This document shows, piece by piece, positions 27,875-36,929 of a DNA stretch of 64,000 nucleotides. Origin of the DNA: Gammaproteobacteria bacterium. Its GTDB lineage: Bacteria > Pseudomonadota > Gammaproteobacteria > Natronospirales > REEB76. The notes under the pieces were generated by a model. It had not been told where the DNA came from. It searched no databases and was given only the letters and a program-made list of their open reading frames with translations. The position numbers were made by a program, and so were the translations under genes. Position 1 is the stretch's first letter, and every line of letters starts with the position of its first letter. The stretch spans positions 65-64,064 of the forward strand of contig DATBAJ010000071.1 in the NCBI GenBank assembly GCA_036271575.1. Reading direction: 5' to 3'.

Positions 27875-30800
27875 CTACTTAGGCGGGGCGAGAGCGGCGA
27901 GATATTTTTCCACGTCAGGAACCGACATGGGCTTGGAGAAGAAATAACCCTGACCCTTGCGGCAGCCCAACGCGCGCAGCAATTCGACCTGACGCGCGTC
28001 CTCGATGCCTTCCGCCACCACGTCCATGCCCAAATCCGCCGCCAGCACCGTGATGGTGCGCACGATGGCACGATCGGCGCGGGCCTTCTCGATGCCGGTG
28101 ATGAAGGAGCGGTCGATCTTCAGGGTGTCGATCTTGAAGCGGCGCAGGGCGCTCAAGGATGAATAGCCGGTGCCGAAGTCGTCCATCTGCAGGTTCACAC
28201 CCACGGCGCGCAGCCGGGCGATGGTCTCCACCGCCAGCGCCGGGTTGTCCATGAATACGGTCTCGGTGATCTCCAGGCACAGGTTCTTGGGCTTGATGCC
28301 GGTCACGTCCAGCACCCGCGCCACCCGCTGCGGCAGCACCCAGTGGGCGAACTGGCGGTTGGCGATGTTCACGCTCATGGTGATGTCTTCGCCGAGATGC
28401 TTGTACTTCTTCTTCCAGGCGGCGAACTGGGCGCAGGCGGTCTCCATGACCCACCAGCCGATGGGGATGATGAGGCCGGTCTCCTCGGCCAAGGCCAGGA
28501 AATGCTCGGGACCGAGCAAGCCCTGGGTGGGGTGCTCCCAGCGTACCAGCGCCTCGAAGCCGGAAAGCTTGTTGGCGGCGATATCCATCACCGGCTGGTA
28601 GAACACGCGGAATTCGCTGCGTTGCAGGCCCTGGCGCAAGTCGGTCTCGAGTTTCAGGTTGGCCTTGGCGCTCTCATGCATGGCGTCGTCGAACACCACG
28701 TAGCCGGCCTTGCCGGCGGCCTTGGCGCGGTACATGGCGGTATCTGCGTCGCGCAGGATCTCATCCGGATGCTTGTAGTGCGGCGCGTTGATGACGATGC
28801 CGATGCTGGCGTTGGTGAACACCTCGTGACCGTCCACAGTGATGGCGCGTGCCAGCTCTTCATGCACCCGGTCCGCCACCGCCGTGGCATCGTCCAGGCC
28901 GGTGATGTTCTCCACCAGGATGGTGAACTCGTCGCCGCCGTAGCGGGCGATGAGATCGGCGGGACGCAGGCAGGTGCGCAGGCGGCGTGCGATGGACACC
29001 AGCACCCGGTCGCCGAAGCTGTGCCCCAAGCTGTCGTTGATGAGCTTGAAGCGGTCCAGGTCCAGGAACAGCACCGCGAAACGGTCCGAGCTGCGCTTGC
29101 CCACGTGCTCCAGGGTCTGCGTCAGCTTCTCCATGAAGAAACTGCGGTTGGGCAGGTCCGTGAGCGGGTCGTGGTAGGCGCCTTTCAGCAGTTCCTGTTC
29201 CGAGCGTTTCTGGGCGGTGACGTCGCGCACCGTACCGGTCACCGCGGGCGTGCCGCGGAAGGGGACATGCGCCACGGTGACGGCGGCCACGATGCGGCTC
29301 TTCTCGTCCTTGTGCATGAACCGCAGTTCGTGCAACTCATGGCTCGCATGCAGCACGTATTCTTCTTCGAAGGCGTTGCTGGAATGGCGGTCCTCGGGAG
29401 CCAGGAGCGAGCTGAAGGAGAGGCCGGTCATCTCGTCGGGCGTGTAACCCAGCATGGCGGCGAAGGCGCTGTTCACATACACCAATCCGCCGCGGGAACT
29501 GAGGAACACGCCGTCCTGGCTCATGTCCACCAGCGTCCGGTATTTCTCCTCGGACTGGGCCAGTGCGTCCTCGGCGAGCTTGCGCGGTGTGATGTCCTGC
29601 AGAGTGCCTTCGTAGTACTCGATCTTGCCGGACTTGCCCCTGACAGCCCGCGAATTGTCCGAGACCCAGATGGTGGTGCCGTCGCGACGGGCGACCTGGA
29701 ACTCCTGGTCGGCATAGGAGCCGTCCTTCTCGATGAGCTGGAGCAGTTCGGCGCGTTGCTCCGGATGCAGGTAGGTGCGCTCAGCGACGTTGGTGTTGGA
29801 TGCGACCAGTTCTTCCGGCGAGGCGTAGCCGAGGATGCGGGCCAGGGCTTTGTTGGCGCGGATGATGCGCCCGTCCGGGGTGGTCTGATAGATCCCTTCC
29901 ACGGCGTTCTGGAAGATGCTGGCATAGCGGCGCTCCACATCCAGGAGCGCGCTGGTCTGGTCGGGATCGCCGCGCTGATCGTGGCAGACCGCGAGCACGG
30001 TGTGCTTGCCGTCCAGTACCTGCAGACGCGCGTGGATGCGCACCGGCAGGCTGCCGCCGTCCTTGGTGCGCAAGGCCGTATCGGACAGGAGCGCCTGCTC
30101 CGAGAGCAGCGCCTCGTTGATCTCGCGTAGTTTGTCAGCGGCCATCAGGCTCGAGGGGCTGATCTCCAGCAGCTCATCGCGGGCGTAACCCAGGAGCGTG
30201 CAGGCGGTGTCGTTGGCTTCGATGAAGGGGCCGCCGATGCGGCCGTCCTCGCCGATGGGGTAGACCAGGATCGCATCGCCACCGGTGTTGAACAAGGTGC
30301 GATAACTGACGTCGCGGCGATGCAGGGCATCGAGGGCGGAGCGGTAGTCGGTGACATCTAGCACCGCGGTCAGTACATAGGGCTTGCCCTCGATCTCCAC
30401 CATCTCGGCCGATGTCAGGCCGCGGCGGCGTTCGCCGCCGCGGGTGAGGAAATGCGACTCGCGGTTGCTGATGCGGCCATTCAGGCGCAGTTCCTGCAGG
30501 TACTCTTCGCGCTCCTCCTTGAATTCCCAGAGGCCGAGTTCCACGGCGCTGCGGCCGATGATCTCGGCCGGACTGAAGCCGAGCATGCGTTCCACGGCGG
30601 CGTTCACGTCGGTGAACTTGCCGGTCTCCAGTTCCGAGATGGCGATGATGCCGGGCGCGGCGCGGAAAGCGGTGGCGAACTTGGCGGCGGCGAGCCGCTG
30701 CACTTCGTCCAGGCGGCGCCGGCGCAGTTCCGCGGCGCAGCGCGCCGCCAGCAACTTGAGGGCATCGAACAGTTCATCACTGGCCTGGAAGGGCTGGCGC

Positions 30801-31213
30801 GACATGATGCCCAGGTGGCCGATGGATTGGCCGTCCGGGCCGGCGATGGCGACGGCGCAGTAGGCGCGCACGCCGTGTTTGCGCAACCAGCGGTCCTCGG
30901 GGAAAGCAGTGGCGGCCTCGTCCTCGATCCAGAGCCGGCCTTCCGCCATCACGCGCTCGGCGGGCGTACCCGGGATGTCGATCTCACCCAAGGCGCCGGC
31001 GGCGTGGTTCACATGCCAGCCGGCCACGAGCTTGAGGCGCTTGGGGTCTTCCGGGACGCGGAGGGTGACGAAGGCGTATTCGGTGTCGAGGCCGGCGGCC
31101 AGGCTGCGTACCAGTTGGCGGAAGAAATCCTGGCCGACGAAGCCCGCAGTCTGCTCCATGAGACTGTAGAGCACGCCCGCGGGTGCGGCGTGGAGGGCGC
31201 TTTCCGGCTTCAT
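27875..31213 (-). CDS. GAF - multiple PAS - GGDEF - EAL signalling protein
   Basis: 1112 aa. N-terminal GAF-like domain and at least 3-4 PAS/PAC units. GGDEF domain with RYGGDEF and an RPAD (RxxD) I-site. EAL domain with FEALVRW, DDFGTGYSS and ..EGIE.. motifs intact. Confidence 0.9.
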   Translation of the reverse strand: MKPESALHAAPAGVLYSLMEQTAGFVGQDFFRQLVRSLAAGLDTEYAFVTLRVPEDPKRLKLVAGWHVNHAAGALGEIDIPGTPAERVMAEGRLWIEDEAATAFPEDRWLRKHGVRAYCAVAIAGPDGQSIGHLGIMSRQPFQASDELFDALKLLAARCAAELRRRRLDEVQRLAAAKFATAFRAAPGIIAISELETGKFTDVNAAVERMLGFSPAEIIGRSAVELGLWEFKEEREEYLQELRLNGRISNRESHFLTRGGERRRGLTSAEMVEIEGKPYVLTAVLDVTDYRSALDALHRRDVSYRTLFNTGGDAILVYPIGEDGRIGGPFIEANDTACTLLGYARDELLEISPSSLMAADKLREINEALLSEQALLSDTALRTKDGGSLPVRIHARLQVLDGKHTVLAVCHDQRGDPDQTSALLDVERRYASIFQNAVEGIYQTTPDGRIIRANKALARILGYASPEELVASNTNVAERTYLHPEQRAELLQLIEKDGSYADQEFQVARRDGTTIWVSDNSRAVRGKSGKIEYYEGTLQDITPRKLAEDALAQSEEKYRTLVDMSQDGVFLSSRGGLVYVNSAFAAMLGYTPDEMTGLSFSSLLAPEDRHSSNAFEEEYVLHASHELHELRFMHKDEKSRIVAAVTVAHVPFRGTPAVTGTVRDVTAQKRSEQELLKGAYHDPLTDLPNRSFFMEKLTQTLEHVGKRSSDRFAVLFLDLDRFKLINDSLGHSFGDRVLVSIARRLRTCLRPADLIARYGGDEFTILVENITGLDDATAVADRVHEELARAITVDGHEVFTNASIGIVINAPHYKHPDEILRDADTAMYRAKAAGKAGYVVFDDAMHESAKANLKLETDLRQGLQRSEFRVFYQPVMDIAANKLSGFEALVRWEHPTQGLLGPEHFLALAEETGLIIPIGWWVMETACAQFAAWKKKYKHLGEDITMSVNIANRQFAHWVLPQRVARVLDVTGIKPKNLCLEITETVFMDNPALAVETIARLRAVGVNLQMDDFGTGYSSLSALRRFKIDTLKIDRSFITGIEKARADRAIVRTITVLAADLGMDVVAEGIEDARQVELLRALGCRKGQGYFFSKPMSVPDVEKYLAALAPPK

Positions 31214-31344
31214 CGTGGGCAGGTTACCTCAGTCTGTTCCGGTGCCCGACCCCCTCCTTTTCCCTGGGATCGCGGCATCGCCGGGCAGATGCAAATAATG
31301 CTTAAAGAGGTGCGGCTAAGTCAATGAAAACAGGGAGAAAAATC

Positions 31345-32097
31345 TCACCATTGACCGTTGAAATCGAAGGGATAACGGCCGGTGCTATCCGGCTGACCTA
31401 GCCCTGAGAGCAAGCTGCGGGTGGCCTGATCCCCCGGGTCTTTGGCGGCCAGGGTGCCCTTCAGGTGGTAGGCGCCGGTGTCCGAGAGGCTCAAGGCCGC
31501 ATCCAGCTTGAGGGGGCTTGCCACGTCTGCGATGGCAGCCTGGATGCCCCCGCCGGAGGCCGGCGTGAGCTCCATGCGGAAGCTGCCGAGGGTCGCAGTA
31601 GATGGCCACTTCAACACTGCCTCGTCCAGATCCAGCTCACCTTCCGCAGAGACCAGCTTTCCGGACTTGAACAGCAGTTCCTTCAGATGCAGGCCCAGGG
31701 AGCCGCTGACGCTGTCGGGCGGCAAAGGAGACCAGTGGTCCATGGCGGCTACCGGGATGCGGCCTTCCAGCCCGCGCAGGTGGAGGCTGCTCACACCTAA
31801 GTCCAGGCGCCCGCGCAAGTCCCGGTCCTCGGCGTGCACGTCGAGGCGGTAACCGATGTTGAAGCTGAACGGTGCAAGCCAATCGAAATGCCAATCCACG
31901 GCACCGAGGTCGGTGCCCTGGTAGCGCACTTCGGCGGCGGAGCCCGAGAACACGGAACCCGTGACGCCCGCCAGTTCGAGTTGCGGCATCTTCTTGGCGA
32001 GATGGTCGGCAAGGTATTGGGCGGGGAAGGTGACACCCAGGAACACCAGATAGGCGACCGCGCCGAGCAGCCACCAACGCAGGGCACGCCGGGTCAT
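31345..32097 (-). CDS. gspN: Type II secretion system protein N
   Basis: 250 aa. N-terminal anchor RWWLLGAVAYLVFLGVTF, then ..LAGVTGSVFSGSA..VDWHF.., typical of GspN. It is the last gene of the gsp block and overlaps gspM by 4 nt. Confidence 0.7.
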   Translation of the reverse strand: MTRRALRWWLLGAVAYLVFLGVTFPAQYLADHLAKKMPQLELAGVTGSVFSGSAAEVRYQGTDLGAVDWHFDWLAPFSFNIGYRLDVHAEDRDLRGRLDLGVSSLHLRGLEGRIPVAAMDHWSPLPPDSVSGSLGLHLKELLFKSGKLVSAEGELDLDEAVLKWPSTATLGSFRMELTPASGGGIQAAIADVASPLKLDAALSLSDTGAYHLKGTLAAKDPGDQATRSLLSGLGQPDSTGRYPFDFNGQW

Positions 32098-32594
32098 GCG
32101 CCGGCGATCAGGGTGAGAGTGGCGTCCACCGTGCCTGCGGCAGCAGCATGTTGCGCATTCATCTCGCGTACGGAGATGCCATACTGGCGGCGCAACGATC
32201 CCAGCCAGCGCACCAGCTCATCGAATCCGACTCCCTGCATCTGCACGCGCACCGAGCCATCGGTGCCCATCTGCGCCTGCTTCAGCATGTTGCCGAAACC
32301 GGCGTCGGCGGCACCACGGCTCACCACTGCCAGCAAGGACTGGTTGGCGGGGATGCCGGAAGGTTGCTGGCCGCGCAAGGCCTGCAACTGCGCCGAGGCC
32401 GGCCCCATCCAGGCGAGTTCCGTCTGCCGGCCCTGGATGTCGCTCTCCAGGCGCTGGCGGCTGGCGAAGTAGGGCGCCAGCAGCGCCAGGTAGAGGATCA
32501 TCGCGATCACCATCACCGCGCCCGCAGCCAGGATGCGCTGCTCGCGTTCCTGCAACGAGCGGTACCAGACCTTGAACTCGTCGAGCTGCTTCAC
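32094..32594 (-). CDS. gspM: Type II secretion system protein M
   Basis: 166 aa from GTG 32594: (V)KQLDEFKVWYRSLQEREQRILAAGAVMVIAMILYLALLAPY.. is the GspM signature layout. The GTGA start overlaps the gspL stop. The 323-aa track ORF is an upstream run-on inside gspL. Confidence 0.7.
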   Translation of the reverse strand: MKQLDEFKVWYRSLQEREQRILAAGAVMVIAMILYLALLAPYFASRQRLESDIQGRQTELAWMGPASAQLQALRGQQPSGIPANQSLLAVVSRGAADAGFGNMLKQAQMGTDGSVRVQMQGVGFDELVRWLGSLRRQYGISVREMNAQHAAAAGTVDATLTLIAGA

Positions 32595-33811
32595 GAAGCA
32601 CCTCCCGAGAGCACGATGCGGCCGGTGACCTGATTGCCGGCGGCATTCACGGAATCGAGGTTGGCAGTGACGCCGCTCTGCTTGTTGAGCACGCCCTTCA
32701 GCGCGTCCAGCGCGCCGATGTCCGCCGCCTGCAACTGTGCCTGCAGGCTGCCACCCTGATAACTGACGGCGGTCACCTGGATCGAGGGGTTGGAACCGAG
32801 TCCGGTGCCGAGCGCATCCAGCAGGCCCAGCATGGAGCCGGCGGAGTTTCCGCCCTGCAATTCTGCCAGGCGCTGTTTCATCTGCTGCACTTCGGTACCG
32901 GTCTGCAGGCGGCTGCCGGGCATGGCCTGGGTGAAGAGTTGCACCACCTGCGCGTCGAGCGCCGCGGCTTGGTGGCGTAGTCTGAGATAAGAGCTGACTT
33001 GCTGCGCCAGGCTCAGCAGGAGGCAAGCCGCCAGCAGCATGGCTGCCAGCCGCCACTGGCGCCAATGCTCCTGCATCGGTGTCTGGTTCTTGAACTCGCC
33101 TTGCAGCAGGTCGAGCCCGCGCTGATGGGTGAGTGAATTCGCCAACAGCGGCAGCATGCCGGCTTCACGGGGTTGGCGCAGCCGTTCCAGCGGCAGATCT
33201 GCCAGCGCCGCGTCGAGTGCATCCATCTCCTCAGGCGAGCCGTGCATGACGATGCGGGTGATGCCGGCGTCACCGGTGAGGCGCCGCCGCAGCAGATGCA
33301 CCGCGAGGGTGCGATCGGTACCGAAGCCGCTGCCATCCGGGAAGCGGGCCAAGACTGTGTCGGCTTCCAGCACCGCGACCACTGTCTCCGGTTCCGGCGC
33401 GATGGCGCAGACATCCGGGACGAGGTGCGCGGATTCGAGACCTGCGGCGGCTAGCGCATCCAGTTGTTCCCGCATGTAGGCGCGGCCCACGGCCGCCACC
33501 AGTTGCCCGGCGTCGCTGCGGGCACCCAGGGCGAAGTGCAGGGTCTCCACATCCTCGGCGAGCTTGTCTTCGAGCATGTAGGGCACCGCCTGCAATACCT
33601 TCTGCGGGTTGCGGCTCGGCACCTCCACGTGCAGCAGGGTCACCCGTTCCGCCGGCAACAGCGCCGTGACGCGGCGGCCCTTGGACTGGGGCGCGGCCTC
33701 CGCGAGGCTGCCTTGTTGCACATGACCGATGCGGTTGCCCAGGGTGTCCAGCAGCAGCCAGCGCGCCGGGACATCGGCACGGGGCAGTTGCAGGAAGAGG
33801 GATTCGGCCAT
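32591..33811 (-). CDS. gspL: Type II secretion system protein L
   Basis: 406 aa from ATG 33811 (MAESLFLQLPRADVPARWLLLD..). Cytoplasmic actin-like domain, one TM helix (WRLAAMLLAACLLLSLA) and a periplasmic domain. Position between gspK and gspM. Confidence 0.75.
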   Translation of the reverse strand: MAESLFLQLPRADVPARWLLLDTLGNRIGHVQQGSLAEAAPQSKGRRVTALLPAERVTLLHVEVPSRNPQKVLQAVPYMLEDKLAEDVETLHFALGARSDAGQLVAAVGRAYMREQLDALAAAGLESAHLVPDVCAIAPEPETVVAVLEADTVLARFPDGSGFGTDRTLAVHLLRRRLTGDAGITRIVMHGSPEEMDALDAALADLPLERLRQPREAGMLPLLANSLTHQRGLDLLQGEFKNQTPMQEHWRQWRLAAMLLAACLLLSLAQQVSSYLRLRHQAAALDAQVVQLFTQAMPGSRLQTGTEVQQMKQRLAELQGGNSAGSMLGLLDALGTGLGSNPSIQVTAVSYQGGSLQAQLQAADIGALDALKGVLNKQSGVTANLDSVNAAGNQVTGRIVLSGGAS

Positions 33812-33812
33812 C

Positions 33813-34727
33813 TCAGAGCGTCCCGAAGGTACGGCGCAGGGCGGTGACTTCGTTGCTGCCGTTGCGGTACAGCAGACTGTACAGGGTGACGTGGGTGCTG
33901 CCAATCTGCGCCACCACCGTCAGCAGGAAGTAGTTGCTGGTGGGGCCGAAACCCGTGGTCGGGATCGGTGGGCTCAAGGCGCTCAGGCGTGACAAATCAC
34001 TGAACCCTGAAGTGCCGCGTTCGCCGATGATCTGGGAAGCGACGTCGGGCGTGATGTTCGCATTCAGGGATTCAAGCACCGGCCCGGAGGCGGTGTTGAT
34101 GTTCACCGTAGCAGTGGCGCCCGCCGGCAGCGCGCAAAGATAAGGTGAGATCTCCGCGTATACCGCCGGGGTGATGCCTTTCACCAGCAGGAGTTCGCTC
34201 ACGCTCTGCATGGGTGCACCACCGCCGCTGAGATACGGCGGTTGCAGCCGGGAGTAGTAGTCGTCTGTGGCGTCGCTGGCGCCGCCCGGGGTGCCGGTGA
34301 ACCATTGTTGGGCTGCAGCGGCCAAGGTCGGATCCTGGTCCAGGGCCGTGAGCAGGCGCTGGAACTGCGCGAGACCTTGGGGAGTACTGAGGTTGTTGAT
34401 ATTGAAGCGCCCCTGCAGATCTTCGATCTTGCCCTGGATCTGGCCGCCTTCCACCGGCAACGGCGGCAGCTGCTGCGCCCAATCCTGACCCAGAGCCGTG
34501 ACGTTCTGATACTTGCGGCCATCCCGCGCCAGGATCTCTTCCGCCCAGGCTTCAGCGCCCAGCGCATATTCCATGGCCTGATCGCCTTGTACGAGATTGG
34601 CGGTGCGGCGCGTGTCCAGGGTGGTCTGCCAGGCGATGGCCACGGCGAGACCGGCGGCGATGGCCACCACCACCAGGGCGGTGATGAGGGCGACGCCGCG
34701 CTGGCGCAGGTCAGCAGGCCGAGCCAC
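33813..34727 (-). CDS. gspK: Type II secretion minor pseudopilin K
   Basis: 304 aa. RGVALITALVVVAIAAGLAVAIA N-terminus, plus the ..INVNTAS..L..L.. helix-hairpin-helix-like region typical of GspK. Confidence 0.8.
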   Translation of the reverse strand: MARPADLRQRGVALITALVVVAIAAGLAVAIAWQTTLDTRRTANLVQGDQAMEYALGAEAWAEEILARDGRKYQNVTALGQDWAQQLPPLPVEGGQIQGKIEDLQGRFNINNLSTPQGLAQFQRLLTALDQDPTLAAAAQQWFTGTPGGASDATDDYYSRLQPPYLSGGGAPMQSVSELLLVKGITPAVYAEISPYLCALPAGATATVNINTASGPVLESLNANITPDVASQIIGERGTSGFSDLSRLSALSPPIPTTGFGPTSNYFLLTVVAQIGSTHVTLYSLLYRNGSNEVTALRRTFGTL

Positions 34728-35403
34728 AGCCAGCCACCTCTACGATGCGGGTGATGTCACCGAGATCCTTGAGCGTGATCACGATGCTCACGGCTACCGG
34801 CAGCGCGCTGTCCACTGAATTCGCACTGCCGTTAGCCCCAGGGGGGTTGTGGCTTGGATTGATCCCGGTGCTGGGCGGCGGAGCGCCGGTCGTGGTCTGG
34901 TTCTCGGGCCATACGTCCTGGAAGGACCTGCTCACGGGATCCATGTATTGGATCTTGATGGAGCTCACCTGATCCAGCAGCGGCTCCTTGGACGGCACGA
35001 TCTGGGCCTGGCCGTCCAGTTCCGGCCACCAGGAACGCATCAGCTTGCCGTCTTCCAGGCTGTAGGCGACGCGCTCTTCGGTGCTGCGCACGGTGCCGAG
35101 CGGATTGGTCCAGCCGCCGCGGGTGAACTGGATCGGCGGGATGTTATCGGGGCCCGCCAGGAGCGCCGGCACGGTACCGCCCAGTCCATCGCGTACCGGC
35201 CGTGGTTCCAGTTGCTCGAAGTCGCGGCTCATGATGTCCATGGCCAGTTGCACCTGGCGCAGTCGTTTCAGAGAGTCGCGGCTGTGGTCGGCTTGCTTGC
35301 TCAAGGCACCGAGGCCGCCGTAGGCGATGACCATGAGGATCGCGGTGATGGACAGGGCCACCAGCAATTCGATGAGCGTGAAGCCGCGGCTGCGCATACT
35401 CAA
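34711..35403 (-). CDS. gspJ: Type II secretion minor pseudopilin J
   Basis: 230 aa. Prepilin-type N-terminus SRGFTLIELLVALSITAILM. Gene order I-J-K. Confidence 0.8.
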   Translation of the reverse strand: MSMRSRGFTLIELLVALSITAILMVIAYGGLGALSKQADHSRDSLKRLRQVQLAMDIMSRDFEQLEPRPVRDGLGGTVPALLAGPDNIPPIQFTRGGWTNPLGTVRSTEERVAYSLEDGKLMRSWWPELDGQAQIVPSKEPLLDQVSSIKIQYMDPVSRSFQDVWPENQTTTGAPPPSTGINPSHNPPGANGSANSVDSALPVAVSIVITLKDLGDITRIVEVAGCGSAC

Positions 35404-35795
35404 TGGCTCGCTTGCTGGTTCGGCGGCAGGCCCATGAAACCCGTGACCGTCACCACCACGTCATCGGGTTTCTCCGGCACCGTGACGTCTATGTCCACGC
35501 GCAACAGGCCGGGGTCGGCGGTCTTGGTGAGCGTGGCCTTCCAATGCCATTTCTCGCCGGCCATGTCGGCGTCGCCGTTGAGCGAATCGTCATTGGGCCA
35601 GCTCTGGGCGGCACGCAGCATGGTGAGTTCGTTCAGGCCCACCCACTGGGCGAAAGTATCGTCACGTAGTTTTACGGCATTACGGGAGGAGTTGCCGGCC
35701 GCGCTGCTCACCGCCAACAGCCCCACCGCGACGATGGTGAGGGCGACGATCACTTCCAGCAGCGTGAAGCCGCGGTTACGGCCTGCGCGGTTCAT
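35400..35795 (-). CDS. gspI: Type II secretion minor pseudopilin I
   Basis: 131 aa. Prepilin-type N-terminus NRGFTLLEVIVALTIVAVG. ATGA-type overlaps on both sides. Confidence 0.8.
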   Translation of the reverse strand: MNRAGRNRGFTLLEVIVALTIVAVGLLAVSSAAGNSSRNAVKLRDDTFAQWVGLNELTMLRAAQSWPNDDSLNGDADMAGEKWHWKATLTKTADPGLLRVDIDVTVPEKPDDVVVTVTGFMGLPPNQQASH

Positions 35796-36385
35796 GGCGG
35801 CGCCTTGCGATTCACGGCTTCGGGCGCGGTGACGGTGATGCCGTCGGCCAGCGAGCCCTTCACCTTGTATACCTCACCGGAGGCGGTGCCGGTCACGTCG
35901 ATCTCGAAGGCGGGCATCTCGCCGCTGGAGAGCAGCAACACCTGCGGCAAATCCTGGCTCTGTTGGCTGCCGCCGGTGGCCGCTGCAGGTGCTTCGGTGG
36001 TACTGGCGCCCATGTCCTGCACCGTAGCCGGCGGAGGCGCCAAGGTCGCCGGTGCGCCGTCCATCTGCAGCGCGAGGCTCACGTCGTCACCCAGCTCGCG
36101 GCGGTAGAACAGGCTGTCATCTTTGACCGGATGCCAGCTGCGGCCGTCATAGCTGTACAAGGTGTAGGCATGGGCTTCGATACGCAGTCCGTATTCCTGT
36201 CCCTGCATGATGGCCTGTTCCGCGGCGAGCCCCGCCAGGTCCGCGAGCTTCTGTGCCTGTTCCTTGGCGGGATCCCGGTCGGCGACGTTGACGGAGATGA
36301 CGGAGATGGTGGCGATGATGGCGATGATCACCATCACCACCAACAGTTCGATGAGCGTGAAGCCCCGGTTGGTTTGCGGGCTCAC
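35792..36385 (-). CDS. gspH: Type II secretion minor pseudopilin H
   Basis: 197 aa. Prepilin-type N-terminus NRGFTLIELLVVMVIIAIIA. Position between gspG and gspI. Confidence 0.8.
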   Translation of the reverse strand: MSPQTNRGFTLIELLVVMVIIAIIATISVISVNVADRDPAKEQAQKLADLAGLAAEQAIMQGQEYGLRIEAHAYTLYSYDGRSWHPVKDDSLFYRRELGDDVSLALQMDGAPATLAPPPATVQDMGASTTEAPAAATGGSQQSQDLPQVLLLSSGEMPAFEIDVTGTASGEVYKVKGSLADGITVTAPEAVNRKAPP

Positions 36386-36401
36386 GGTGGCGCGCCCGGG
36401 A

Positions 36402-36857
36402 TCAGTGGCCGCCGTTGGAGCCGTTGTCGTTCAGATTCCAGTTGCCCACGTCGGCGTTGACGCCGTCGCCTCCGGGCTGGCCATCGGCGCCGTTGGACCA
36501 GATGTCCACCGCCAGGCCATGGCTGCCGGGGTTGAGGTACTGGTAGGGGTGACCCCAGGGGTCCATGGGCAACTGATCCAGGTACTGTTTCCAGTGCGGG
36601 GCCGCCGGGTCTGAACTGGGCTTCTGCACCAATGCCTGCAATCCCTGGTCGGTGCTGGGGTAGACATAGTTATCCAGCTTGTAGACCTCGAGGGTGGACT
36701 GGATCTCCTGGATGTCGGATTTCACCTTCACCAGGCGCGCCTCGTCGGGCTTGTCGATGACCTTGGGGACGATCACGGCCGCGAGGATGCCGAGGATGAC
36801 CACCACCACCATCACTTCGATGAGAGTGAAGCCGGATTGTCTGTTGCGGGTCTGCAT
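36402..36857 (-). CDS. gspG: Type II secretion major pseudopilin G
   Basis: 151 aa from ATG 36857: MQTRNRQSGFTLIEVMVVVVILGILAAVIVPKV..DKPDEARLVKVKSDI..LDNYVYPSTDQGLQAL..DPWGHPYQY is a highly characteristic GspG sequence. The track start at 36911 adds 18 unlikely residues. Confidence 0.9.
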   Translation of the reverse strand: MQTRNRQSGFTLIEVMVVVVILGILAAVIVPKVIDKPDEARLVKVKSDIQEIQSTLEVYKLDNYVYPSTDQGLQALVQKPSSDPAAPHWKQYLDQLPMDPWGHPYQYLNPGSHGLAVDIWSNGADGQPGGDGVNADVGNWNLNDNGSNGGH

Positions 36858-36929
36858 GGCTGTATTTGACTGGTAAAATCGTGGGGGAAGCGCGTCCTGC
36901 GCGAATCCCAATCATACACCAAGGACCCG

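Noticed and set aside
28343-30130. 595-aa plus-strand ORF antisense to the GAF-PAS-GGDEF-EAL gene
   Set aside because: Same reasoning as above. The sense frame carries intact PAS/GGDEF/EAL motifs. The antisense product is low-complexity and has no RBS or operon logic.
32595-33065. N-terminal 157 aa of the 323-aa track ORF for gspM, plus similar 5' run-ons for otsA (13982-14203), fabD (37409-37567), the symporter (26245-26397), the thioesterase (49388-49501), the hydroxylase (46186-46317) and DadA (56250-56345)
   Set aside because: These extensions lie inside the preceding gene in another frame. Homology-like sequence begins only at an internal start that forms a 1-4-nt overlap with the upstream stop.
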